In this document: piece after piece, positions 1-11,641 of the stretch
Position numbering within the stretch: the stretch's first letter is position 1
Layout: each line of letters opens with the position of its first letter
NCBI GenBank assembly: GCA_027604505.1
Contig: JADIIX010000001.1
Location: forward strand, 310,001 to 374,000
Origin: Gonapodya sp. JEL0774
Lineage: Eukaryota
Length of the DNA stretch: 64,000 bases
Direction of reading: 5' to 3'
Program-made: the position numbers and the translations under genes
The notes under the pieces: model-generated
Database searches by the model: none
Seen by the model: the letters and a program-made list of their open reading frames with translations, nothing else
What the model was told of the DNA's origin: nothing

Positions 1-46
1 TTGAAAACCTGTGTGCCGACCTTCCGTCCTTTTTGGCCCTTTGCAG

Positions 47-396
47 GCCCCCGGTTCGCCAGCCCGTGACCTTCCCTTGCCACCCCAGAAGCTCCACATT
101 GACCCACGGAACTCAATTATTGTCGGACTTAACCGGCTCCGCCTGGAAAACGAGGATAGGGCCAAGGTCGTTGCGGAGCAGATTGGGGACAATGCTCTGG
201 TAGCCGCAGGTTAGTGAATACCATCGATCAAAATGATCTTGTAACCGTCTTTGACCATTTTCATTTGTTACGGTCGTCCTAAGGCCTGCTCGATGATCCA
301 CGTTCAATGCTGAAACGTCTCAATTCGCTGCTCGAGATGGTGGTCCTACCCTCAGAATCAGAGGCGGAGTTCAAGGATATAAAAAAGGAGGATTAA
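47..396 (+). CDS. TRAP1: 3' end (last two exons) of a mitochondrial Hsp90/TRAP1-like chaperone; gene starts upstream of the window
   Basis: Spliced translation QKLHIDPRNSIIVGLNRLRLENEDRAKVVAEQIGDNALVAAG|LLDDPRSMLKRLNSLLEMV...KKED* matches the Hsp90/TRAP1 C-terminal pattern (INP.H.LI..L ... ENA.IAAGL.DDPR.M..RLN.LL). There is no MEEVD tail. GT-AG intron at about 210-283; stop TAA 394-396. Confidence 0.8.
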
Positions 397-690
397 AAGA
401 GAAAAGTTCGTCATGCATCCATCGCACAGTAAATTTCACATGAGGAACCGACGAATGTGCGGACTGAAAAAAAGTACAATTATTGTTATACAGCAAAAGA
501 ATGGTCTGAATGTCCGCAATCGAAGCAACAACGTCTCACGATGACTCGAATATTTTAGTGCGGGCAAGAAGTGCAAAGGTGAGTTCGGAAGAGTGTAAGG
601 CCACAGCCATGGGCTTCAACCCCAACCAATATAAACTACCAATTTCTTCTGCCTCTCCTGCTTTACTCGACGACCAAGTCAATCAGCCCC

Positions 691-2196
691 ATGCCGCCAG
701 CGCCGAAACCGGATTCGAGCGTCGAACTCGTCGCAATCGAACCATCAGATCGCCTCACATTTTCACCCCCTTTTGCCAAACCCTGCGTCCAACATATAAC
801 CGTGACCAACATTTCACGTGATCCTATCGGTATGTGTGTCTATGAAACGAAAAACTGGGGGCTATAGTGGACAGAGGTGCTGGATTAACCCTGAAATATA
901 CCTTCCATACCTTTGTCTCCTCAACCGTAGTGTTCAAAATGAAAACGACCGCTCCCTTAAGGTACACTGTTCGTCCAAACTCCGGTGTTCTTCCCTCAGC
1001 CCAGTCAGTGTCTCTAGAGGTATCGTTACACGGTACGACCCTCGAGCTCACACCAGACTTCCAATGCAAGGACAAGTTTCTGGTGCAAGCCATAAAAGTC
1101 CCGAATAATCTTTACTCCATAGAGACGCCTGCGGCTCTCATTGCACGGTTTCAGGACCTTTGGAATACCCGGGAAGCTGTCCCTCAAGATCAGTATTCTG
1201 AAAAGAAGCTCCACGTAGCGTTCATAGGTGAACTTCCTTCACACGATCCTTTCACAATGGCATCTACCAACAGAGCTGAGCACTTTTGCATGAACCCATA
1301 GACTCACAACCAACTGCCCTCGAGCACCTCGAGAAGATCGCATCCCTCACCCTGCGCGCGGCGTCAGCCGAAGCCAAGCTTGCAATAGCGGAAGCCGAAT
1401 CGGCCAGCCTTCGCCTCCAAATCACCGAAATCACTCAAACAACATCTCGTGCCTCCAATGATCATAACCGCCTCCGCTCCGAGAACACGGCACTTCTCGC
1501 AGACAACACCGCCCTGCTCACGGAAACAGCAGCCTTGCGCTCCGAGATTGCCGAGTTGCGGTCTGAAAACGCCATGCTGCGCGATCGAGTGGCAGAGGCC
1601 GAGGCTGCATCCCGAATTTGTGCCCACAATGCCGCCCAACGTGCCGTGCAACTCCGTCCGCCAGTCAAGGTGGAGACCATCATGTACGCTGTGGGTGATT
1701 TCGAGCCAGGGGACGCGGACGAGCTTCGTCTTCATGTTGGAGACAGGATTTTTGTGAACCTGGCGTTCGCGGATGGATGGGGGTCGGTGAGTTGTGGGGA
1801 TTGATTCGTGAACACTCCCCACGCCCCAATCTCCCTACACCGTGACCGTGCACTTTGGACATGACCGCTCACCAGCCCCCTTTGCCTTTGCCATACCTTT
1901 TATCACCCACGTAGGGCTTCAACACCACAACCCACTCTACGGGCCTCTTCCCTCTCTCCCACGTCAACGCCACTTCCACCACGAGCGCCCCTTTCCCATC
2001 CACATCTCTTCAAACCTCGACCCGCCTCGATTCGCTCCCGGTCTTGGCGAGCACGTTTGGCATGGACATTGCATCTCGACATGTGGGATGGAACCCGCAA
2101 GTGCAGGTGTGGCGGCCGCGGGAAGGGGCACCGGGGCTTGAAGGCACGGAAACGAGGGAATCGCCTTTTGTGGTAGTCGAGTCGGTGGTGGTGTGA
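691..2196 (+). CDS. MSP (VAP/Scs2-type) domain + coiled coil + SH3 domain protein, multi-exon
   Basis: ATG 691; VFKMKTTAPLRYTVRPNSG and CKDKFLVQ are MSP/VAP signature motifs. Heptad repeats LRSENTALLADNTALLTETAALRSEIAELRSEN follow. SH3: AVGDFEPGDADELRLHVGDRIFVNLAFADGWGS|GFNTTTHSTGLFPLSHV. Stop TGA 2194-2196. Confidence 0.8.
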
Positions 2197-2438
2197 GGGT
2201 GGCGAGGACGAGTTGATGTGATGGTGGATGTGGGTTTTGACGTAATTTTCCACACGGCCAGATACACCGCAAAACTGTATATATAATGTAGCGTGACATA
2301 ATCTTTCTTTATTGAATTTGCGATTGGACATGTTACCGAACGCTAAGCTGGCGACCGGTGTTATGCAAGTCTGGGGAAGCCAGGTACACCCTTTGTGGGT
2401 ACTTCCTCCAACTCAGACAACAACATCCTTGGTCAATC

Positions 2439-4149
2439 TCAAGCGATCATGTTCTCCACCTCATCCCACCCCATCACCACCACCCTGGCCTGGTCCCCCA
2501 ACATCGCTTCCAGATCGCGCCTGGCCCGTCCACCACCCCTGTCATCCTGAGCCCCCATGGACACGATGGCGACGGCGATGAGGTGAACGCCGTGTTCGGG
2601 AACAAGTTGTGGGAGGAGGTGGACCGCGACAGCGGCGGTGTGGGGGAATCGGGCTGTGTGGTGCGGGTTGAGGCGGAACACGTGGACAGGCGATACGGTG
2701 CTCGAGGGGGATGTGTGAGCAAGCGGGGGCAGTGCGGTACCGTCCCTGGGACATGGCACAGACCAGCCCTCCCCCGCTGCAGTGTCCACCGATTCCGATT
2801 CCTGTCCGTTGCCACTCGTTCCCATTCCCGGATCACCGCCACCGCCACCGCTCTCGCTGCGACTCCCCCACCAATGTGGCCACACCACAGGCGCGAACCC
2901 CACCTCGGATCCGCCACCCGGTCCGGCGAGTCCATCCCCTGTGGCCTTGACGAGGGCCTCCTTGCAGGCCCAGAGGGTCATGAGGCGGGCAAGGCGGTAA
3001 GAGGGAGTGGGAGATCTGGTGATGAGAGAGAGGTCGGAAGGGTGGAGCTGGGGAAAGGAGGGAAATGGAGGTATGGTAAGGTGGATGTTTGGTGTGCGGT
3101 GGGAGCGGTGAGTGGTTGTTGTGGTGGGCGAGCAGGAAGGAGTGTAACATGTGATTCGAGGTCTCAACCCGAAATCGAATCACAAAATCACAGGAGCAAA
3201 GTGAACTGCTCGTGACTGTCGGCCTGAAACTTCCAGTGTTCCCCATATGCTCGGATGCTCGGGCAAATGTGTCTTCCGGTGTCCAATTTGATCTCCTCCC
3301 GACCGAGCGGGAAACACAGTAAAAATGACACACAAAGAAGCACACTCACCCATGGAACAAGGCTCTCGACAAGCCCGTCCACGCCGCCCATCTTATCTGC
3401 AGGAAAATCGTCGAGGCGGACAATATCGGTACCGATCGCCAGTGGGCCCGGGTGTCCGGATGAAATGGGCAGGGGAGTTGGTGGGTTGACGAGAACGGCA
3501 GCTGTGGAGTACGAGCCGTGGTGGGAGAGGGAGAGGGAGAGATGAGAGAGGGATGCTGGCTGTGGGGAGGTCGGTGTTGGGGGTCAAAGTCGGAAGAAGA
3601 GAGGGAAGAGGTGGCGACATTCATGGGCAACATTCATTCTAGATATGAGCTTTGCACTTTCTGTAGAAAACTTTTGGGGGGATCGGATCGCACTCTTTCG
3701 TCCTGGCGAACTCGTGTTGGAGACTGATTCTGGTTTCCCGTGACAGAATCACTGAAGCCACTCTCCAAGTCTCCATCGCCTCGAGACCCGAAAGCCTGCA
3801 GAGTCTGCAACCAAATTAAAAGCATTCACATACTCACGAAAAGCGGCTTCCCCCGTTCGTCCTTGGACACTTCACACGTCATCCATATGTCTGCACCCAG
3901 AGGCAGCACTTTCAGCCTGCGAACAGCGCATCTTGCTGCCACTCTGCAGACCGCGCTGGCAAGGGCGTCGGTTGTCCTCTTGTATCTGGAGACGGATTGG
4001 CGTTCTGCAGGGGGAATGCGGGATTGGATTCTGATGAGGATGGACTCCAGGTCACGTGTCCAACTCTGGGTGGGAGACAGCTGCTGCGGGGGCGATTGAT
4101 GAGTGGCTGGGGGGAGTGGCACAGCAACCACAGCTACAGTGCTGCGCAT
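2439..4149 (-). CDS. Sfp-type 4'-phosphopantetheinyl transferase (Lys5/AASDHPPT-like), multi-exon
   Basis: Motifs across exons: KDERGKPLF; SLSHHGSYSTAA; LAIGTDIV; LWACKEALVKATGDGL (WxxKEAxxKAxGxGL). The start at ATG 4149 is a best guess. Confidence 0.8.
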
Positions 4150-4414
4150 CAGGCATCGGCGGTCACTTGTTGCGAGCTGAACTGACGGGGAGAAGATGTG
4201 CAACCCTGAGATTCACCGGACCACAGCTGCCATGGAATGCATGGGCAGCCAGCCCAACAAATGAAAGTTTAATACCACTTTTGGACAGCGTTTGGGCGCA
4301 AGAGAATCGTGAGCTTATGGTTCTTTTGTCCATGACCGGTGTGATAGAAAACAGTCGATCGTCGGCCCTTATACATATTCCGCGCGCCTTCATGTGTGCT
4401 CGTCTACAATGCAT

Positions 4415-7345
4415 CTATAGTTTTGCCGCTTTCCGTATCTGGACATCAACCTCTCCAGTCGCCCACGCCTAAGAAACCCAATTATGAAGAACAGAGAGAG
4501 CGCGATCAGCATCCATACCCGAACCTCACCAAATCTTCTCACTCCCCACCCTCGATTCCGGGACGAACCCACCTTCAAAAGAACATGTGCGATCGCAAAG
4601 CTTGCGGGAACACCGAAATCCACCTTGGTCGTTGGCTTGTACCCAGGCAGGGGAGAAGAAGCGTGAAGCGCCGCCAGTACCGATTCCCGGTCGAACCACT
4701 TCGCCTCAGCGAGTTCCTACATACGTGTACACAGTCATCAAACAAAGGTGCAAGGCGCCGGGAGAGGATGGGAGGGGGGTTCAGGGGGAATGACATGGAT
4801 CACTCATCCTTGCACGGAGCTCTCATCAGAGTGCAAGCACTGGGCACGGCACACCCACCTCCTCTTCCGGTTCAAACTTCTCCGTCTCAGCAACGGCAAT
4901 ACACCCGATCATGAGCTGCGAAGGGAACGGCCACGGCTGCGAGCTGTGGATCACCGATCGGGATATACTGATCCCCGTTTCTTCCCGTACTTCTCGACGA
5001 ACGCATTCCTGGGCGGGGCAATTGTAGGCAGTGGGCGGAGGACGGCGGGCGGAGGGACCAAAGTGTCAGTCATGAAGGTACGGTATTGATCAGAGTCCAA
5101 CGCAAAATGAATCACAAATCGTAGGTCCAGCAACTCACTTCGATAGATTCCCCTGGCTCCATAAACCCGGCGATACAAGAAAACTGTTTGGGCGGGAAAT
5201 TCTTGTTGCGGCCCAAAAACACCCGGTTGCCATCCTTGGACACGATAGCCACAATCACGACGGGATCGGACCTGACGAAACAAAAGCAAAGAGCCGCCGT
5301 TCAAAATCGGTTTCGGCCATGGCAGACTCGATTCGCTTCACATCCTCGAGCGGGCATCGACCTTGGTGGGCGGTGCCACCGTGCCCGATGTGGTATCCAC
5401 CCCCCCAACCCACCCCCCCAAAAAACTCACCGAGGATGTTGGAAATTGTTGAGACCCTTGGCTGTGATACACGGCTTTTGTCCCGCTGGCATAGGCCCAC
5501 ACACACGCTTGAATCCCGCTTCTTCCGAGTCTGCAGAGCAACAGTGACAAATCAAGAATCCCAAACGCACCCAGTCCCCGCCATAAGGTCCACCAAAAAC
5601 GTCTCGCATGAACAAAGGTGAAAGCGCAGAAAAAGAAAACTGAAGGAAACTCACACGTGCGCCGCCCACAACCGGGACAGTGTCTCCGCCTCACGTTCCA
5701 GTCGATCATGGAATTGCCTTCACCTAGAATGGCAGCTTGAGAAGGAGACAGGCGAAATGCGGCGGGGCGGAGGTGAGACAGTTTGCCGCCCTGTGCGGTG
5801 CGGGCTGACACGGGGTTGGGAGCGAGTGCCGACCGAGTTCGACGGGATCATTCGAGATGAGTTTGATGAAACGCCCGTAAAATAAACAATAAAACGGGCG
5901 GATTGGGAAGGAGTGAATGGGGTTAGAGGGATTCGCAGGTGCCTTGTGGGGCATCTCGCAAACTTACTCTTCAACAGAGCATCCTCCCCACCGATGTCGT
6001 CGCCCTTTCCAGTGCTTAAATCCAACGCCACGTAGGCTCTACCCCGGGCCCTACCCGCCGTCTCGTCCACCACATCCGCATCGTCCACTCCCAGGAACAC
6101 CCACTGGCGCTTACTCCGCCCGTCCAGGTCAACGAACGTTTGCACATCTTCGTAACTGAGAAAGTGGAGTTGCGCAGGCCCGTTGCGTGGTGCGGTTGCG
6201 GGGGAGTGGAATAACGCTTGATCGCCGTGGAAAATGAGGTACCGTGTTGAGGGTCGGATGAGTAGTTTGGAGATGAAGGCAGGATCGGTGCGTTTTTCGG
6301 AGAGCCTGGCGCCGTAACTTCAGAAACCGCGTCCACGGGAACGAGGAATCGTTGTGTTGCCCAAACTCACCTCTTCAGTGGATTTCCGGCAAAAAAGTTG
6401 GTGTATTCGTTCAGAGCTGACTTCAGGTCCACCAACTCCTCGCCAACACCTCCAGCGCCGTCCTCCAGAGCCTTGGTTGTCGTTTCCAAATTATTTGTTT
6501 TAGCCGTCTTGGTAAACGCTCTCTGCGTTGTTACTGTCACTGATGCGCTCTTAAGTGTCGCCGAAGTCTTGGGCAACGCACTGAGCTTGACCGGAGGGGA
6601 TCTCGCAACTGGAGAAACTGTTGTAGTCTTTGCATTTGACACCAGCGGGGTAGCCCCACTAGTTGCACCACCACGAATCAAGTTTGCAATCTCTGAGTGT
6701 CCCCAGAACGTGGCGAGCTCCAGTGGTGTCCGGCCGTCTTTGTCGGTAGTAGAGGGTTTCGCGCCAGCTGTGAGAAGGACTTGGACGACAGACAAGTGGC
6801 CGAAGCGAGCTAAAAGTAGCATGGTCATTGAAGTTGAGCGAGAAATATTACGATTACGGGACGCAAGTACCAGCGAAATGTAAGGGCTTGATGTTCCGAA
6901 ATATCGAATGAGCGCGATCGATTCCCACGGCAGGTAGAGCGAGATAGTGCATGACGTCAAAGAGCCGGTCAGTGAAAACAATGGTGCCAAATATTGCCCC
7001 GTAGACGGTTGAGTTTTGAAGGGACGATCTCTCCGATGCCTGCCCAATGGACGATTCCGATTCCACAAGAACCAAACAACACGGCTACGTCGATGCTTCA
7101 TGCACACACGTTTTCAATGTCCTTCTTCCCAAATCTTCCGCTTTCACCGGCTTTCTGGGCGATCGCTCGCAAAGACGGTCTCAAAAGGAACTTGAATTGA
7201 TTGTCTTTCCTTTCCCATGGTCACTCACCGTCCACCCCCGGTCGTTAGCCTGGTTCGCATTCTGGGGAAGAAATTTTCGAACGCTGTCGACATCACCGTC
7301 GGCACACGCTTGGAAAAGCTGGCGAAGCTGTTGTGCGGTGGCCAT
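4415..7345 (-). CDS. NUDT12: NADH pyrophosphatase / NAD-cap hydrolase (NUDT12/NPY1 family) with N-terminal ankyrin repeats and a PTS1
   Basis: Ankyrin motifs ([43 protein letters not shown]), [10 protein letters not shown], Zn-ribbon HCPGCG, Nudix-box region around 4950-5200, [12 protein letters not shown], and C-terminus ...IRKAAKL* (TAG 4415-4417). Confidence 0.85.
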
Positions 7346-7565
7346 ATTGTGTGTGCGTGGGGGTTCCGATGAAGCCGACCAACTTCATATCTCAAAGCAG
7401 ATGGCTCTCAAACTGAAGTGAAGATGATATTGTGAAGCAAAAAATGTTGTGCGAAATTAAACTGTGGATACTGCGAATCGATCTAACAGTGTCATAACAT
7501 CGCGGGGTATTGTGTCCAACGCCGTTGACTACAATGTCGTGGTATCGTCTTCTGATCTGATCTGT

Positions 7566-10500
7566 CTATCCCTCACAGTGCTCCTCCTGTGGCTCTCTTG
7601 CCTTCGTTCTCTTCACAGAGGCGCTGGTATGGCTCATCTCCTCCAGCTCTCTCGACTCTTCCACCCTCTTTCTCTTGTCAGGCGACGTCAAAGCTTCATA
7701 CCCTGCCAACCCTAACTTCTTGTGCGTCACCTCCACGCCCCACACGGCACCTGGACCAAAACCTCCTCCCACTCCCGGCCATCCTCTTTTCACCACTGCC
7801 GCCGCGGGACTTGCAGCACTCCCTGGCGTCATCTTTCTGACTGGTTGTCCCACATCTTTCAAGGAACCGGGGGATCTCAACGGCGACACTCCTCCAGCTA
7901 TTTCTGGCGTCTGCCACGTGCTAGATGCAGGCGACGGCACTTCTGACTGCCCAGTGAACAGTGATTGGGATTGCACAGAAGGTGTAGGAGACAAGCGTCG
8001 GATCACCAATGGCGGAGGAAGGGGTCCCCTGGGCTTCCGGGGAATAGGAGCAGCAAGTGGTGGCAGCAAGCTCTCCTGTCGGATTGGTTGGGATGGTACT
8101 AACGTAGAAGCGGTAGGTTGGGGTGTGGAAGTCGATGACGTGGCGGCCGGTGGTTCGGGTAGCCCAGCTCCTTGAATGTTGCTCGGCGACGCAGGTGGAG
8201 TAGAGATTGTTCCAATTGAGAATGAATCAGTGATGGGCGTCACTGGCAGAACTGTCGGAGTTGTAGGTGTGACAGGCGTGGCTGGCGTATCTACCACAGT
8301 TGCCTTGTCTAGCGGCCCGCCCAGGTCAGTCACACGGCATGGTCCCTCAACAATATCTGGACCAATTGAAATACATGAGTTACGTAGGAGCCAAAAGACA
8401 CGTCAATTAATTGTCAGCCTGAGCACCCACCTTCCCATCCAGGCCCTTCGCTGCCATCCAGCCCGTAAACATCCCATCCTTCTATATTCACCCAGCGATA
8501 CTCGTCCGGCGATAAAGTGTGCTTTGCCCAAGTCTCCCCGTCCAAGTCACTCCCGCACCCGTCTCCATCAGGGTCACCACACGCTGAAGACAATGCATCG
8601 ACATCGACATCCCCCAATCCACTCCAGTCATTTTCACCCTCACATTCGCTTCCACCGTACCAGCCCCCATCTCCGTCATCAACTCTTCCCCTCCTGCCCT
8701 CACCACTCCTCCTCGCCCCATTCAAAGCCGATTTCGCCCTTCGTGCCTGTCTTGCTCTTCTTCCCTCCTCCTCTCTGGCTTGTACCTCCCTTTTCCTCTT
8801 TTCCACTCCTTTTTCGATCTGCCTCCAAAGACGGGTTTTTGTAATGTCCCTATTTCGCTCTTTACCCTTCTTACGCTCCTTGGCACGCTTGTGTTCAACC
8901 CACCAGGACAACGTGTGTTTGCGTAGATAGAAGAACTCGACACAGTCGGAGACCGTTTTGGTATGCTGGTTAGACGAAGGAGTGGGCACGTTGATGGGAG
9001 CGCTCCCCGTCAAGGGCTTATCCTTCAGTCTCTCCCGCTCATCCACGCCACCTCCATCCGCTGTAACCGCCATCTCACATGTCTCTCCCTCCATACCCCT
9101 CGCTACCTTCTCAAAGCACTTCCCCCAAGTTTTCAATCCCCTTTGGAACATCCTCACCTCCCCTTGTGTCCATTTCGCTCGCTCTTCCTTATACTTTTCA
9201 AGCTCTTTCACCGGATTCTTCACCAGATGGGTTTCTCGACCGCGTACTGTGTTTCGAAGTGTGGGGAAGACACCAGGAGGCAGAGGTGGCGCGGAAGGGG
9301 ATGACGCCGGCAAAAGCGGCGTGGACGGTGATGGGATCGCTCGCTTCCGCTTGGAGGAACGATCGGTGGAGGGAGCCCGACCGCTGGCGGATATGCCGAC
9401 AGAAGCAGAGGAGGTTTGAGTAGGGGAAGGAGGAATTCTCGAATTTGAAGGAAATAATGCAGAAAGAGGTGTGGAGGGAGTTGACGACCTTGTTTGTGAA
9501 ATCGCTGACGAGGATGACGTACTGGACGTCGTTTCGGAGCACGATGAGACTGTATCCATGCGCGAAACCGACACAGAGGCCGAAGTTAAGGAATGTGCAG
9601 AAGATCGCGATGATCCGACTGTGGCATCATCGGCGTCGACGTCAGGGAACACGTTTCCAAAGCGGAAAGCGTCGCCGTTAAGTGTGTCGGGTGGTTGAGC
9701 ACAGACGGACCTGAGCTTCTTTCTTGGAGTTGTATCGCATTCGTCCGCCAATTCGACTGCTTCCTCATCGTCCTCATCCTCTGTTTCTTTTCCGTCGATT
9801 GGACTCGCACTTGTCGGAAGAGGCCTCATTGCGGCCTTAAGTAAGTCCCGAATCAGCGCCTCGTCCGCCCGTGTTAGAGCAGCCGTAGTCTCGGGTGCTT
9901 CTTTAGCGAGAGCGATGAGGCTTATGGAGGGTCTGCCACTCCGTGTGGTAAAGTCCACAGGAATCGTCATTCCGGTGGTAACTTGGGGTGTAGATTGGGT
10001 TGCATCATCTTCAATGGGATCAATAGATTCGATATCAATGAGAAAATCGGCTGAGTTCAGGGTTAAGGGCGGAGCTTCATCGTGATTGTGTCCGGGTGAG
10101 GCTCCCATTGGAATTGGGTTGCGGTTTCCGATTTCGATTCCAATTACATCAATGCACTTTGGTGATGCTTCTTCATTTTTTGAGTCAGTTGTGGATGAAG
10201 CGGGCAACTCGTGATCCAGATCTGTTGTTGTATGGAATTGTGAAGTGGACACGACAGTATGGCCAGTTGCAGACCCACTCTTCTCAGATGTGTTCCGCTT
10301 CGCGTCCTTGACTTTAAATTCCTTCACAAGTCTCGCTAGCTCCCTAACGGGATCTTTGCTTACAACCAGAACACCCTTGCCTTGACCACCCGTCGTAGAT
10401 CCCGCGAGTACTTGCACTTGCCTCGCTCGGGGTCTGAACCCCACAATCGGGGGGATCGTCGCAGCGCAATTGGCCTCCGTCCAGACACGGCCATTACTGA

Positions 10501-10903
10501 ATACGTACGCGTCGGGTGGCAGAAAAGGCGAAGACGCGAGGCGAACAGCGCGAGCGTTCCGGTGGTTGAGGGCGTACTTTGGGACTGGGAGAGAAGGGCC
10601 AGGGGTTTGAGAAGCAACGAGGGGGGGGGAGGCTGGACAGACCGCAGGCGCAGCATGTGGTGCTGCTGATGGGGTAGACGGGGTGGAACAAGGGCGTGCA
10701 GGTGCGGGGTGTACCGACGGTTGGGGAGAGCTGGAGGATGTGTCGGAGACGAGTGTTGCGTCCGAGAGTGAGTTCTCAATTGGAGGTTTTGAGAATCTAT
10801 GCATTGTATGCGTATCTTTCTCATGTGCATCATACATGTCGCCTCCGTTGATGTTGCCTTCCAAACAGGGGGGGTCTCGGCAATGCGCCGCCGCTGCAGC
10901 CAT
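7566..10903 (-). CDS. Large low-complexity protein with a SANT/Myb domain (chromatin/co-repressor-like)
   Basis: The 854-aa ORF contains KWTQGEVRMFQRGLKTWGKCFEKVARGM...KTVSDCVEFFYLRK (SANT consensus WT..E...F..GL..YGK.F..I...KTV..CVEFYY). It continues through a probable intron near 8360-8430 into ORF 7566-8333. An upstream exon near 11247 is possible. Confidence 0.65.
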
Positions 10904-11641
10904 TAGTCGAATCGATGACGATTTCAGCAGAGGTAGCGCAGAGCCAAGTCGGTAGAGTCTTTCACTGCGAATTCCCAAGTCGGATGGGTGGAATTTAGTG
11001 TGCTAGTCTCGCCAATCCCATTCACACCAGAACGCAGATGAGCCTCGCTACAAGCCACAACTCCTGCAGTCATCCCATCTTCTCATCAGTAAGCTTGCAA
11101 GATGTCAATTTCTGTCAGAAACCGGACAGAGATATCTTCCTCGGGGCTTCTTTGTAGATCAACAGCTGGGTTGCAACCATCAGCTGCACAGCACTCGTGA
11201 GAAGCTCCAGCTGCTGACAAACATGCATCCAGCCCCGGACTAGCCATCGGAGGAAAGTTATGCATGAAGGATGATCAGAACTTACGCGGTTTCGAGGGAA
11301 TCAAGTCTCGACAAGCTGCTGAAGTTCTGGATGGCCAAACATCCGCACCAAACCATCAAATATGATCAACCAAACTTTTTCCAAGCGAATGCTGTCCTCA
11401 AAACACAGTACCGTTCAGCATATATTGATTCATTCTCCTCACATTTTCAGGAAGCGGAAGATTGAATATTGCCTGATATGAATTGTTTTGGAGTCGGAGC
11501 AGTAATAGGCCCACATGAAGTCGACAATAAAATAATGTAGCAGAAAAAAAAAATGAAGAAAGAGGAACGCCACTTTGGATCCAACAAGTCTGTTTAAATT
11601 ACCCCTGCACCGTGGCCAAATCGTGTTGAACTAACTTCCAA

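Noticed and set aside
2358..3215. 285-aa plus-strand ORF, and the many other antisense/overlapping ORFs in the track (e.g. 40484-41317, 8176-8844, 59574-60203)
   Set aside because: These are shadows of real genes on the opposite strand, with no motifs or splice structure of their own.
2439..4149. PPTase as a marker of a secondary-metabolite cluster
   Set aside because: No PKS, NRPS or carrier-protein gene in the window; a housekeeping Lys5-like role suffices.
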